From Halosimplex sp. (GTDB lineage Archaea; Halobacteriota; Halobacteria; Halobacteriales; Haloarculaceae), in assembly GCA_042217395.1 (NCBI GenBank), contig JBDGSU010000019.1, positions 1 through 53,460 on the forward strand: a stretch of 53,460 nucleotides of DNA, written 5' to 3'. A program made the position numbers and the translations under genes. Within the stretch, counting starts at the first letter, position 1. The number at the start of each line of letters is the position of its first letter. The notes under the pieces were generated by a model, which saw nothing but the letters and a program-made list of their open reading frames with translations, did no database searches and was not told the origin of the DNA. Shown here one piece after another: positions 9,080-20,739 of this stretch.

Positions 9080-10447
9080 GTGTCGACGAACGCGTTGGAC
9101 CGGTTGTGGCGCGGGTGGGGCGACCTGGACGGGCAGAAGGTGCGGTTCCAGTCGCTGTTTTTCGTCCACTTCGTCGCCTTCTCCGGGTTCGTCGTCTTCC
9201 GGAACGTCTACCTGGGGGAGATGGGCATGTCGGGGTCGGCGATGGGACGGATCGGCTTCCTGATGACGGCCGCGGGGGTGGCGGCCCAGCCGCTGTGGGG
9301 GCTCGTCACCGACTACCTGCGCGCCGAGCGGCCGGTGCTCGTCGTCGCCGCGGCGGTCTCGGCGGTCGGCCTGCTGGCCTACCCGGCGGCCGACGGGCTC
9401 GCCGAACCGTTCCTCCTCGTCGCCGCCGGAACGGTCGCCTTCTCCGTCTTCCACGCCCCGATCGTCCCCATCGCCAACGGGCTCGTCCTCTCGCGGGGCT
9501 ACGACTACGGGCGGGTCCGCGCGTTCGGCTCGATCGCCTTCGGCATCGGGAGCCTCGGCTTCGGCTTCCTCGTCGCGGCGCTGGGCATCGCGTCGATCGT
9601 CTACGTCTACGCCCTCGGGATGGTCGTGCTCGCCGGCGTCGTCTGGACGCTCCCGAGATCCGCCGGCGACGCCGACGAAGTGGACGCAGCCGGACCGAGG
9701 GGTAGAGACGGAGCGGGCGGTGGAGACGGAGTGGGCGGTGAAGACGGGAGCGGACCGGGAGGTAGAGACGAATCGGGCGGCGAAAACGCGGACGAGGCGG
9801 GTGACCCGCCGCTGTCGAGCGCCGTCCGGACGCTCGCCACGAACGGCGACTTCCTGGTCGTGTTGCTCGTGGCGTTCGTGGTCGGGCTGTCGATCCGCGG
9901 CGGCTCGTCGTTCTTCTCGGTGTACATGCGGGCGGTCGAGGCGAGCGCCGTCGTCGGACCGTGGACGCTGTCTCCCGACGCGCTGACCGGCGTCGCGTGG
10001 ACGGTGAAGACGCTGTTCGAGACGGTCGCCTTCGTCTACGCCCTCCGGCTCACGGGGTCGCACAAGGCGTTCCTGGTGGCCGGGGGCGCCGGCGTCGCGC
10101 TCCCGCAGGTCGTCTACGGGCTCACGTCGGCGCCGTGGGCGATCGTCGCCGTGCAGGTCGTCGGCGGCCTCGGCTACGGCCTCTTCAACCTCGCCGTCGT
10201 CAACATCGTGTTCGCCGTCGCCGCCGACCGGGTGACCTCGACGGCCCAGACCGCCCTCACCGGCCTCGGGATGGGGCTGGGCGGCGCCGTCGGCCAGGTC
10301 GTCGCCGGCGAACTGTCCGACGCGCTCGGTATCCAGCGCATGTACCTCTACCTCGCCGCCGCCGGCTTCGTCGGCGCGGCAATCGGACTCGCCGTCCGCT
10401 CGACGAGCGCCGACGGTTCCGCCGGCCCGACCGGCGAGGCGGCCTGA
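9080..10447 (+). CDS. MFS transporter (MFS_1-like, sugar/nucleoside type)
   Basis: 12 TM segments, QPLWGLVTDY and DYGRVRAFGSIAF motifs, Gly-rich central loop; likely GTG start at 9080. Confidence 0.9.
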   Translation: MSTNALDRLWRGWGDLDGQKVRFQSLFFVHFVAFSGFVVFRNVYLGEMGMSGSAMGRIGFLMTAAGVAAQPLWGLVTDYLRAERPVLVVAAAVSAVGLLAYPAADGLAEPFLLVAAGTVAFSVFHAPIVPIANGLVLSRGYDYGRVRAFGSIAFGIGSLGFGFLVAALGIASIVYVYALGMVVLAGVVWTLPRSAGDADEVDAAGPRGRDGAGGGDGVGGEDGSGPGGRDESGGENADEAGDPPLSSAVRTLATNGDFLVVLLVAFVVGLSIRGGSSFFSVYMRAVEASAVVGPWTLSPDALTGVAWTVKTLFETVAFVYALRLTGSHKAFLVAGGAGVALPQVVYGLTSAPWAIVAVQVVGGLGYGLFNLAVVNIVFAVAADRVTSTAQTALTGLGMGLGGAVGQVVAGELSDALGIQRMYLYLAAAGFVGAAIGLAVRSTSADGSAGPTGEAA

Positions 10448-10755
10448 CTTCCTCCCACGACTGAAGTCGTGGGGTTCCCGCCACAGACGGGAGCCCACGA
10501 CCGGAGAGGTTCGCAGGTCCCGTCCATCCGCGGTCCGGGACGGACCTGCGTTCAGAGCCGAGCCAGTACGGCTCCCGGTCGCGATAGCGGGCTTCATCTA
10601 CCGCCACGACTGCGGTGGCGTGCATATCCTTACCCCGACCTCGGTATCCCTCCCCGGCCCGGACCGGGATACCACTCGCAGAGGCGGACCCGCACGTCAA
10701 ATGACTGTCTGATTCCTCCCACGGCTAAAGCCGTGGGCTTTCTCTTCGGACCTCT
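10444..10755 (-). mobile_element. Non-autonomous IS200/IS605-family element (no tnpA/tnpB), candidate omega-RNA-bearing
   Basis: Minus strand reads TTAC | ...AAAG-CCCACGGC-TTTA-GCCGTGGG (left end) ... GAAC-CCCACGAC-TTCA-GTCGTGGG-AGGAAG-TCAG | (right end), matching IS608-type guide/cleavage pairing. Confidence 0.88.
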
Positions 10756-10790
10756 GTAACACGCCCGGTCGAGACTCCGCGACGGACCTA

Positions 10791-11762
10791 TCAGTACTCG
10801 ACGCCGACGGGTTCGCCGCGCTCGGCCGACTCGTAGGCGGCCTCGACGACGGCGACCTCGGTCGCGCCCTCCGCGACGGTCGTGCGCGGGTCGCGCCCCT
10901 CGGCGACCGCCGTCACGAAGTCGTCGACGAGCCCCTCGTTGGCGTCCCGGCGGACCGGGACCGAGCGGACGCCGTCGCCGTCGGTGTGGGTCAGTTGCGC
11001 GCCCGTCGAGTCGAACCCGACCGACCCCTCGGTCCCGAGCAGGTCGAGGCTCACGTCGCCCCAGGTGTGCCACTCGTCGGGCCGCGACCACGACCCGTCG
11101 AGCGTGAACGGCGTCCCGTCCTCGAGCGTCATCGACAGGAGGTTCACGTCCTCGACGGGGACGTCGTGCATCCGCGTCCCCGTCTCGGCGTACACCTCCG
11201 CGACCTCCAGCCCGGTGTACCACCGCACGAGGTTCAGCAGGTGGACCGTGTGGTCCATGACGGCGCCGCCGCCCGCCAGGTCGGGGTCGGCGAACCAGCC
11301 GCCGGGCATCTTCCCCCGATTCGTCCCCGAGACGAACCGCAGGTCGCCGATCTCGGACTCGTAGCGCTCGCGGGCCGCCAGCGCCAGCGGGCTGAACCGC
11401 ATCGGCATGCAGACGCCGGCCTCGACCCCCGCCGCCGCGCAGGTGTCGGCGATCCGGCGCGCGCCCTCGTACGTGGGGGCGAGCGGCTTCTCGCAGAGGA
11501 CGTCGACGCCCGCCTCGGCGGTCCGCTCGACCCACGCCTCGTGAGTCGCGTTCGGCGAGCAGACGACGGCGCCGTCCGCGGCCGACAGCAACTCCTCGGC
11601 CGGCAGGAACTCCGTGTCGTGGCGCGCCGCCGTCTCGCGTCCGCGCTCGGCGTCGTCGTCGGCGACGCCGACGAGTTCGGCCTCGCCGTGGTCGGCCAGG
11701 AGCCCGGCGTAGGCGTCGGTGTGGACGTGCGCGGCCGAGAGGATCCCGACGGCGACCGTCAC
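10791..11762 (-). CDS. Gfo/Idh/MocA family oxidoreductase
   Basis: VLCEKPLA, WFADPDLAGGGAVMDHTVH; GTG start overlaps the upstream stop (GTGA) and follows a GGAGGTG SD. Confidence 0.92.
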   Translation of the reverse strand: MTVAVGILSAAHVHTDAYAGLLADHGEAELVGVADDDAERGRETAARHDTEFLPAEELLSAADGAVVCSPNATHEAWVERTAEAGVDVLCEKPLAPTYEGARRIADTCAAAGVEAGVCMPMRFSPLALAARERYESEIGDLRFVSGTNRGKMPGGWFADPDLAGGGAVMDHTVHLLNLVRWYTGLEVAEVYAETGTRMHDVPVEDVNLLSMTLEDGTPFTLDGSWSRPDEWHTWGDVSLDLLGTEGSVGFDSTGAQLTHTDGDGVRSVPVRRDANEGLVDDFVTAVAEGRDPRTTVAEGATEVAVVEAAYESAERGEPVGVEY

Positions 11763-12751
11763 GGCCCCACCTCCGCGACCGCGACCGGTTCGCCGCGCTC
11801 GCTCGACTCGATCGCCGCGAGCGAGATCCGGACCGCCTCGATGGCGTCCTCGACCGTGATCTCGGGCGTCTCGCCGGTCTCGACGCACTCGAGGAAGTGC
11901 TCGATCTCCCGGCGCATCGGGTCGACGCCGGTGGCCGCCTCGCGCTCGTCGCCCCCGTCGCCGTACCACTCGACGGAGACGGCGCCGTCGCCGTCGTACT
12001 CGACGAGGCCCTCGTCCCCGGCGACCTCCAGCGAGAAGCCGAACGGCCGCGACTCCGGCTGGGCCCACGACCCCGTCACGTGGGCCACCGCGCCGCTCTC
12101 GAAGCGCAGGACCGCGACCGCGTGGTCCATCAGGCTCCCGTCGTCGCGCCACCGGGCCGACTGGGTGTACACCCGCTCGACCTCGCCGAGCAGCCACCGG
12201 AGGTAATCGAAGTCGTGGATGCTCAGGTCGAGGAGGACGCCGCCGCTGCGCTCGGGGTCGGCGAACCAGTTGTCCCAGCAGTAATCGGGGTACGGCCCGA
12301 CCCGCGTGGCATTGGCGACCGCGGGCTCGCCGACGCCCCCGTCCGCGATCAGTTCCTTCGCGCGGCGGTACTGCGGGTAGAACCGGAGCAGGTGCCCGAC
12401 CATGAACGTCGCGTCGCGCTCGGCGACGAGGTCGGCCATCGCCCGCGCGTCGGCGAGCGTGCGGGCGATCGGCTTCTCGCAGAGGACGTCGTGTCCCCGT
12501 TCGACCGCCGTCTCGACGACGGCGCGGTGCTGGTCGGTGGGCACGCAGACGTCGACGACGTCCGGGTCGCGCTCGTCGAGCAGCGCCTCGGCGTCGTCGT
12601 ACAGCGCCGCCTCGGGCGCGTGGCGCTCCGCGAACTCGCTCGCGTCCTCCTTCGAGGCGACGGCGACGATCTCGGCGTCGTCGACGTCGGCGTAGGCCCC
12701 GGCGTGGAGCCCGGCGATGAATCCGGACCCGATCAGACCGATCTCGTGCAT
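11759..12751 (-). CDS. Gfo/Idh/MocA family oxidoreductase
   Basis: IGLIGSGFIA Rossmann motif, VLCEKPIA, SGGVLLDLSIHDFD. Confidence 0.94.
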   Translation of the reverse strand: MHEIGLIGSGFIAGLHAGAYADVDDAEIVAVASKEDASEFAERHAPEAALYDDAEALLDERDPDVVDVCVPTDQHRAVVETAVERGHDVLCEKPIARTLADARAMADLVAERDATFMVGHLLRFYPQYRRAKELIADGGVGEPAVANATRVGPYPDYCWDNWFADPERSGGVLLDLSIHDFDYLRWLLGEVERVYTQSARWRDDGSLMDHAVAVLRFESGAVAHVTGSWAQPESRPFGFSLEVAGDEGLVEYDGDGAVSVEWYGDGGDEREAATGVDPMRREIEHFLECVETGETPEITVEDAIEAVRISLAAIESSERGEPVAVAEVGP

Positions 12752-12877
12752 CACCCGAGGTGTGGGCCAGGTCACCAAGAAACGATCGCAGGCGGTCGAA
12801 TCCGCCCCGACCGCTCGCGGGGGCCCGAGCCCTTCGGCGGGGGTCGACCGCCACGATTCGGCGGGGGTCGACCGCGC

Positions 12878-13705
12878 TCAGAAGAAGAACAGTTCCTCGC
12901 GCAGGTCGTCGGTCAGGGGCGCGCCGTACTCCGATATCTCGACGGCCTCGGCGTGCTCGACCGCCGCGCCGCGCTCCTCGCCGTAGCGGGCGCACAGTTC
13001 CTCGCGGAAGCGGTCGGCGACGTTGACGGCCGCGCTGGCGTCGAGGTGGTCGATGCCCTCGTCGGCGAGCCACGCGCGACGGTCGGCGTCGCCCGCGGGC
13101 ACCTCGTCGAGCACGCCGAACGTGTAGGGGAGCCACTCGTACATCTGGGACTCGTGGCAGTCGAGGGCGTCGAGCTTGCGCTCGACCGCGTCGGAGACGT
13201 CGAGGACGACGTCGGGCTCGAACGGCGCCGGCTTCCGGAACTCGTCGGCGAGGTAGCCGAACACCGGGTTCTCGTCCATCGGTTCCGCGTCGGGACAGAC
13301 GTTCGGGACGATCAGCATGTACGCGGTGTCCCGGAGCAGTCGCGCGCAGTAGCGGTGGTCGGGGTGGTAGTCGTTCGGTCGCGGCCCGAGGACCAGATCG
13401 GGGTCGACCTCGCGGACGAACCGGATCAGCCGGCGGCGGTTCTCCAGGTTCGGTTCGAGCTCCCCGTCGGGGACGTCGAACACCTCGTAGTCGATCCCGA
13501 GCGTCTCGGCGACGGCCTCGGTCTCGCGCTTCCGGCGCGCGGCCAGTTCCGCGCGGCCCGTCTCGTGGTGGCCGGCGCTCCCGTCGGTGACGGAGCAGAA
13601 GGTCACGTCGCGGTCGGCCTCGACGTACTTCGCCGCGATGCCGCCCGCCTTGAGCGAACAGTCGTCGGGGTGGGCGCCGACGACGAGGAGGTGTGGGTCG
13701 GTCAC
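12878..13705 (-). CDS. PIG-L/LmbE family N-acetylsugar deacetylase
   Basis: GAHPDD and DYHPDH metal-binding motifs; ALDCHESQ. Confidence 0.93.
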   Translation of the reverse strand: MTDPHLLVVGAHPDDCSLKAGGIAAKYVEADRDVTFCSVTDGSAGHHETGRAELAARRKRETEAVAETLGIDYEVFDVPDGELEPNLENRRRLIRFVREVDPDLVLGPRPNDYHPDHRYCARLLRDTAYMLIVPNVCPDAEPMDENPVFGYLADEFRKPAPFEPDVVLDVSDAVERKLDALDCHESQMYEWLPYTFGVLDEVPAGDADRRAWLADEGIDHLDASAAVNVADRFREELCARYGEERGAAVEHAEAVEISEYGAPLTDDLREELFFF

Positions 13706-13794
13706 GTCCTCGAGTGGCGCCCCGGGGCCGAAACGGTTGCGGACCCGGTCGCCGGTTCCGCGACTTTTTCACCGACACCGCCCGACGTCGGTCC

Positions 13795-15030
13795 ATGACA
13801 GACGGCTCCGTCTACGAGGAACTGGGCGTCCCGACGGTGGTCAACGCCGCGGGGACCAAGACGCGGATCGGCGGCAGTCGCATCCGTCCCGAGGCCCGCG
13901 AGGCGATGGATCGGGCGGCCGAGTCGTTCGTCCGCCTCTCGGACCTGCAGGCCGCGGCGAGCGAGCGCATCGCCGAGGTGACGGGTGCCGAGGCCGGCTA
14001 CGTGACCAACGGGGCCGCCGGTGCGCTCCTGCTCGGCGCCGCGGCCTGCATCGCGGGGACCGACCCGGGCGCGATGGCCCGTCTGCCCGACACCGCGGGC
14101 GTCGCCGACGAGATCGTGATGCCCCGCACGCACCGCACCGGGTACGACCACGCGCTCCGCACGGCGGGCGCGACCGTCGTCGACGTCGGCACCAACGACG
14201 CGGACCTCGGGACGGGCGCCCGCAACGTCGAGCCCTGGGAGTACGGCGACGCCATCGGCGAGGACACCGCCGCCGTCGCCCACGTCTACAAATCGGACGA
14301 GGGTCCGCCGCTGGCCGAGGTCTGCGAGATCGCACACGACCACGACGTGCCCGTGATCGTCGACGCCGCGGCCGAGCTCCCGCCGGTCGAGAACCTCTCG
14401 CGGTTCACCGAGCGGGGCGCCGACCTGGTCGCGTTCAGCGGCGGGAAGGCGATCCGCGGCCCGCAGACCACGGGGATCCTCGCCGGCCGCGCGGACCTGG
14501 TCGAGTCCGTCGCCGCCCAGCACCTGGACATGCACGCCACGGCGTCCGTGTGGGACCCGCCCGAGCGCCTCCTCGACGCCGACCGGTTCGACGGCGTGCC
14601 CCGCCAGGGCGTCGGCCGCCCGCTCAAGGTCGGCAAGGAGGAACTCGTGGGCCTGCTGGCGGCGCTGGACGCGTTCATCGAGGAGGACCACGAGGCCACG
14701 TGCGCCGAGTGGCGCGACCGCGCCGACGCGGTCGCCGCGGCGCTCGATGCGGTCGAGGGCCTGTCGACGACCGTCGCGGACGGCGCGAAATCCGTCGCGC
14801 CGACGGTGTCGGTCGCCGTCGACGCCGAGCGGGCGGGCGCGTCGGCCGCGGACCTCGTGCTGGCACTCAGGCGCGAGGACCCGCGCGTGTTCGTCGGCGC
14901 CGACGGCGCCGACGAGGGGTCCTTCGCGGTCAGTCCAATGTGTCTCACCGACGAGGAGGCCGAGTACGTCGTCGAGCGGGTGCGTGCGATTCTGGACTCG
15001 GGGGTGAGCGCGAGCGACGCGGCCGACTGA
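13795..15030 (+). CDS. SelA-like / DgaE-family PLP-dependent enzyme
   Basis: VVNAAGTKTRIGGS, VIVDAAAE, FSGGKAIRGPQ (PLP lysine) and GRPLKVGKEE. Confidence 0.88.
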   Translation: MTDGSVYEELGVPTVVNAAGTKTRIGGSRIRPEAREAMDRAAESFVRLSDLQAAASERIAEVTGAEAGYVTNGAAGALLLGAAACIAGTDPGAMARLPDTAGVADEIVMPRTHRTGYDHALRTAGATVVDVGTNDADLGTGARNVEPWEYGDAIGEDTAAVAHVYKSDEGPPLAEVCEIAHDHDVPVIVDAAAELPPVENLSRFTERGADLVAFSGGKAIRGPQTTGILAGRADLVESVAAQHLDMHATASVWDPPERLLDADRFDGVPRQGVGRPLKVGKEELVGLLAALDAFIEEDHEATCAEWRDRADAVAAALDAVEGLSTTVADGAKSVAPTVSVAVDAERAGASAADLVLALRREDPRVFVGADGADEGSFAVSPMCLTDEEAEYVVERVRAILDSGVSASDAAD

Positions 15031-15084
15031 ACGGGGGCTGGAAACCGACAGCGTTTCACACCACCGGTACTTGACGAAGGATAG

Positions 15085-18096
<3,012 letters not shown>

Positions 18097-18098
18097 AA

Positions 18099-18178
18099 CC
18101 CACTTTTTACTTCGACGGGTTTCCTCGCGCGCCTTCGGCGCGCGACGGGAACCCGCCTCGCGAAAACGTGGGGAAAAA
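18099..18178 (+). repeat. Structured repeat motif copy 1 (CCCAC-T5...hairpin...A4-CGTGGG-A5), possible terminator of uvrA
   Basis: Begins 2 nt after the uvrA stop and shares architecture with 36203-36284 and 40953-41031. Followed by further hairpins to about 18320. Confidence 0.75.
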
Positions 18179-18371
18179 CTGCCGGACGTCTCGCTCACTC
18201 CGTTCACGGCTCGCTACGCTCGCCGTTCACAACGAGGTGCTACCGTTCGGTCGTACCTCGCCCCGTTCGCTCGCGTCCGGTGCGACCGCGCCTCACTCCG
18301 TTCGGCGCGGTATGCTGGCTCCCCGTCCCAGACGGTACGTGCCGCCGTGGTTGAATTGAATGAGTGCTCAG

Positions 18372-18449
18372 ACGGATTAGTGCAAGCGTTTACCGGGTCG
18401 ACCGCACGTAGTCGTGCGGTCGATCCCGGACTGTCTCGCGATAATCCGT
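18372..18449 (+). mobile_element. About 80-bp palindromic MITE/REP-like element, copy 1
   Basis: ACGGATT...CCGGGTCGACCGCACG-TAGT-CGTGCGGTCGATCCCGG...AATCCGT; close relatives at 24060-24138 (inverted) and 53201-53277. Confidence 0.8.
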
Positions 18450-18577
18450 GTGACTCCGGCGAGACTCGTCGCACTCCGTCGATCCTCCGGCCGCGCGCAC
18501 TGACCCGCCGCACGGGTATCAGATCTGAAATTCGCGTGGACAGCTATAACTGTTGACAGGCGAGTGTCCCGGGCGAC

Positions 18578-19780
18578 ATGGGACTCACACGAACCGGCGC
18601 CGTCCTCTCGGGGCTCGCGGGCATCGGGTTCGGCCTGCTCGGGCGGGTACTCCCGCCGCCGGGCCCGTACAGTACGCGACCGGGGTGGGTGACGACGCTG
18701 ACGGATCTCGCCGTCCCGCTGGTCGCCCTCGCGGTCGTCCTCTACCTCGCCGACCGCGGGACGATCCAGCGAGCGCTCGGCGAGTCGAGTGGCGCCGCGG
18801 GCGGACTCCTCGGCGCGACGGCGGACGGGCCCGTGGACCGGTGGGAGATCGTCGCGGCGACCAACTGGAAGCGGCTCAACTGGATCCGGCTGCGCCGGTC
18901 GCTGGGCGTGGCGCTGACGGTCGCCGGGGCCGTCGCGCTGGTCGTCTCGCTCACGGTCGGCGCCGCGGGCGGACCGGGCGAGTCGAACCTGAGCGGGGCG
19001 ATGGCCGCGCTCTGGTTCGGGGCGATCCTCTTCGGGCTCGCGCTCGTGTTGACCTCGCGCACCGACGGTCAGGAGGTGTCGATGGACTACACCCACCGCG
19101 TCTCCGTTCGCATCCCCGACCTCTTCTCGCTGCACTCCTTTCACGTTCACCTCCGGCAGATCACCGAGGACCTGGGCTACGTCCCCACGGAGACCACCTC
19201 GCCCGGTCGCGGCGGCTCGGTCGCGGCCTTCGACGAGGAGATGTTCCTCTCGAAGGGCGGGTTCAAGGCGCGCAAGCGTCCCTTCGAGTCGTCGCTCAGC
19301 CCCCTCCCGGACGACTCGCCGATGGCCGAGGTGATCAACCTCACGACGGCGAGCCTGTCGCTGGTCGCCGTCGGCGCCTCGCTGGTAGTGACCGGACCGC
19401 GCCTGGCCGGCCTCCCGCCGGTGCTCGTCGGCGGCGCAGCCTTCCTCTACGACTACGTCCGGCGGACCCGCCAGTGGGCGGAACTCTACTGCGTCGAGGA
19501 GGGGACGGTCTACACGCCGACGGCCAACGTCCACGACGACGACGACGTGCCCGACGAGGGCGTCGTCCATCGCGAGCCCGCGGTCTCGGCCGCCGAGTCC
19601 TCGACGGAACTGCTGGTCACGCTCGGCGCGAAACACTCCACGTACTTCGAGGCGGCCGTCCTCGCCGGAGATTTCGAGGACCTCGTCGAGCGGCTCGACG
19701 ACGTGGCCGCCGAGAACAGTTACAGCGTCGTCGACGAAGCGACCCGCGACCGCCTGCGCGTCCGGACCGATGGCCGCTGA
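18578..19780 (+). CDS. Multi-pass membrane protein of unknown function
   Basis: About 6 hydrophobic segments, an acidic C-terminal domain and host-like codons; overlaps the next gene by 11 nt. Confidence 0.8.
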   Translation: MGLTRTGAVLSGLAGIGFGLLGRVLPPPGPYSTRPGWVTTLTDLAVPLVALAVVLYLADRGTIQRALGESSGAAGGLLGATADGPVDRWEIVAATNWKRLNWIRLRRSLGVALTVAGAVALVVSLTVGAAGGPGESNLSGAMAALWFGAILFGLALVLTSRTDGQEVSMDYTHRVSVRIPDLFSLHSFHVHLRQITEDLGYVPTETTSPGRGGSVAAFDEEMFLSKGGFKARKRPFESSLSPLPDDSPMAEVINLTTASLSLVAVGASLVVTGPRLAGLPPVLVGGAAFLYDYVRRTRQWAELYCVEEGTVYTPTANVHDDDDVPDEGVVHREPAVSAAESSTELLVTLGAKHSTYFEAAVLAGDFEDLVERLDDVAAENSYSVVDEATRDRLRVRTDGR

Positions 19781-20702
19781 CCCCGATCCCCCCGGCGACG
19801 GGAGCGACGGCGTCCCGGTCGACCCGACCGACCTGGACGGCGTCGGCGAGGCCGATCTGGCGGCGCTCGCCGCCGACGCGTGGACCGAGGACGGCTACCG
19901 AACGACCGTCAAAGAACACGGCTCGCACGTCTTCGTGTTCGCCAAGCGCCGCGAAGACGGCGAGATACGGGGGGAAATCGTCTGGGTCGCGGGCGAGCGC
20001 GGCGTCGGCGAATCCCACCTCGACCAGCTCCGCGCGCTCGCCGAGAAGACGGGCGCCGACTCGGTGACCTGCCTGACCGTCGGCTCGGGCGAAGTCGACC
20101 GGAACGCCGCCGCGTCCCGGGACGTCTCCGTCGTCGACGGCGACGACCTCCGGGCGAAACTGGGCGTCGACGGCGACGCCGACCCCGGTTCGGGCGGAGA
20201 CGCCGCGGTCCCCGACGACCCGACCGCCGACCTCGGGAGCCCGAGCGACGGACTCGGTGACCTGCCACCGCCGAGCGACGACGGACCCACGTCCGACGGT
20301 GACGCCGGGATCTCGTCGCCCGGTGACGACGAGGTGTCTCCACCCGGCGTCGACCCGTCGTCGGCCGCGGTCGGTCCGGACGGCACCGGAGCCGCCGACG
20401 TCGCGTCCAGCGGCGTCGAACCCACGGAGACGGGGTCGACCGAGTCCGGCGGCGGGCCGGCGTCGACCGGACCGAGCGAGGGAGATGAAGGCGGACCGAA
20501 CGAGGGGTCCGTCGACCCGCTGGCGACGGATTCGAGCGGGGCGTCGGCGGGGGTCGGGCGGCGTCTCGACGCCTGGGACGGGACCACGACGGGGGAGGAC
20601 GCGGACCGCCCGCCGTTCGACGGGCTCTGGGCGGCGGTGACCCGCGGGGACGCGGTCGAGAGCGTCGCGGATCTCCCCGTCTGGGACGGGACCGCCCGGT
20701 GA
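19770..20702 (+). CDS. Protein with degenerate Mrr_cat-like domain and disordered acidic tail
   Basis: LAADAWTEDGYRT...VFAKR...VGESHLDQL...GADSVTCLT...VSVVDGDDL follows the Mrr_cat layout without D...QxK. The fold call is by eye. Confidence 0.6.
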   Translation: MAADPDPPGDGSDGVPVDPTDLDGVGEADLAALAADAWTEDGYRTTVKEHGSHVFVFAKRREDGEIRGEIVWVAGERGVGESHLDQLRALAEKTGADSVTCLTVGSGEVDRNAAASRDVSVVDGDDLRAKLGVDGDADPGSGGDAAVPDDPTADLGSPSDGLGDLPPPSDDGPTSDGDAGISSPGDDEVSPPGVDPSSAAVGPDGTGAADVASSGVEPTETGSTESGGGPASTGPSEGDEGGPNEGSVDPLATDSSGASAGVGRRLDAWDGTTTGEDADRPPFDGLWAAVTRGDAVESVADLPVWDGTAR

Positions 20703-20739
20703 CGTCGGCGAGGGCGCGCCTCGCCGGCGACTTCGGCGG

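Noticed and set aside
12833-12875. Short local duplications (24-bp period here; also about 9690-9790, 31181-31270 and 40289-40330)
   Set aside because: Two or three degenerate units consistent with simple slippage, with no shared motif or structure.
10791-13796. 1001-aa ORF as a fusion protein
   Set aside because: Only the last 323 residues (from GTG 11762) are the real oxidoreductase; the rest overlaps two genuine genes in other frames.
13795-15030. Selenocysteine synthase SelA
   Set aside because: Archaea make Sec via PSTK/SepSecS, there is no sel context here, and the neighbours point to sugar catabolism.
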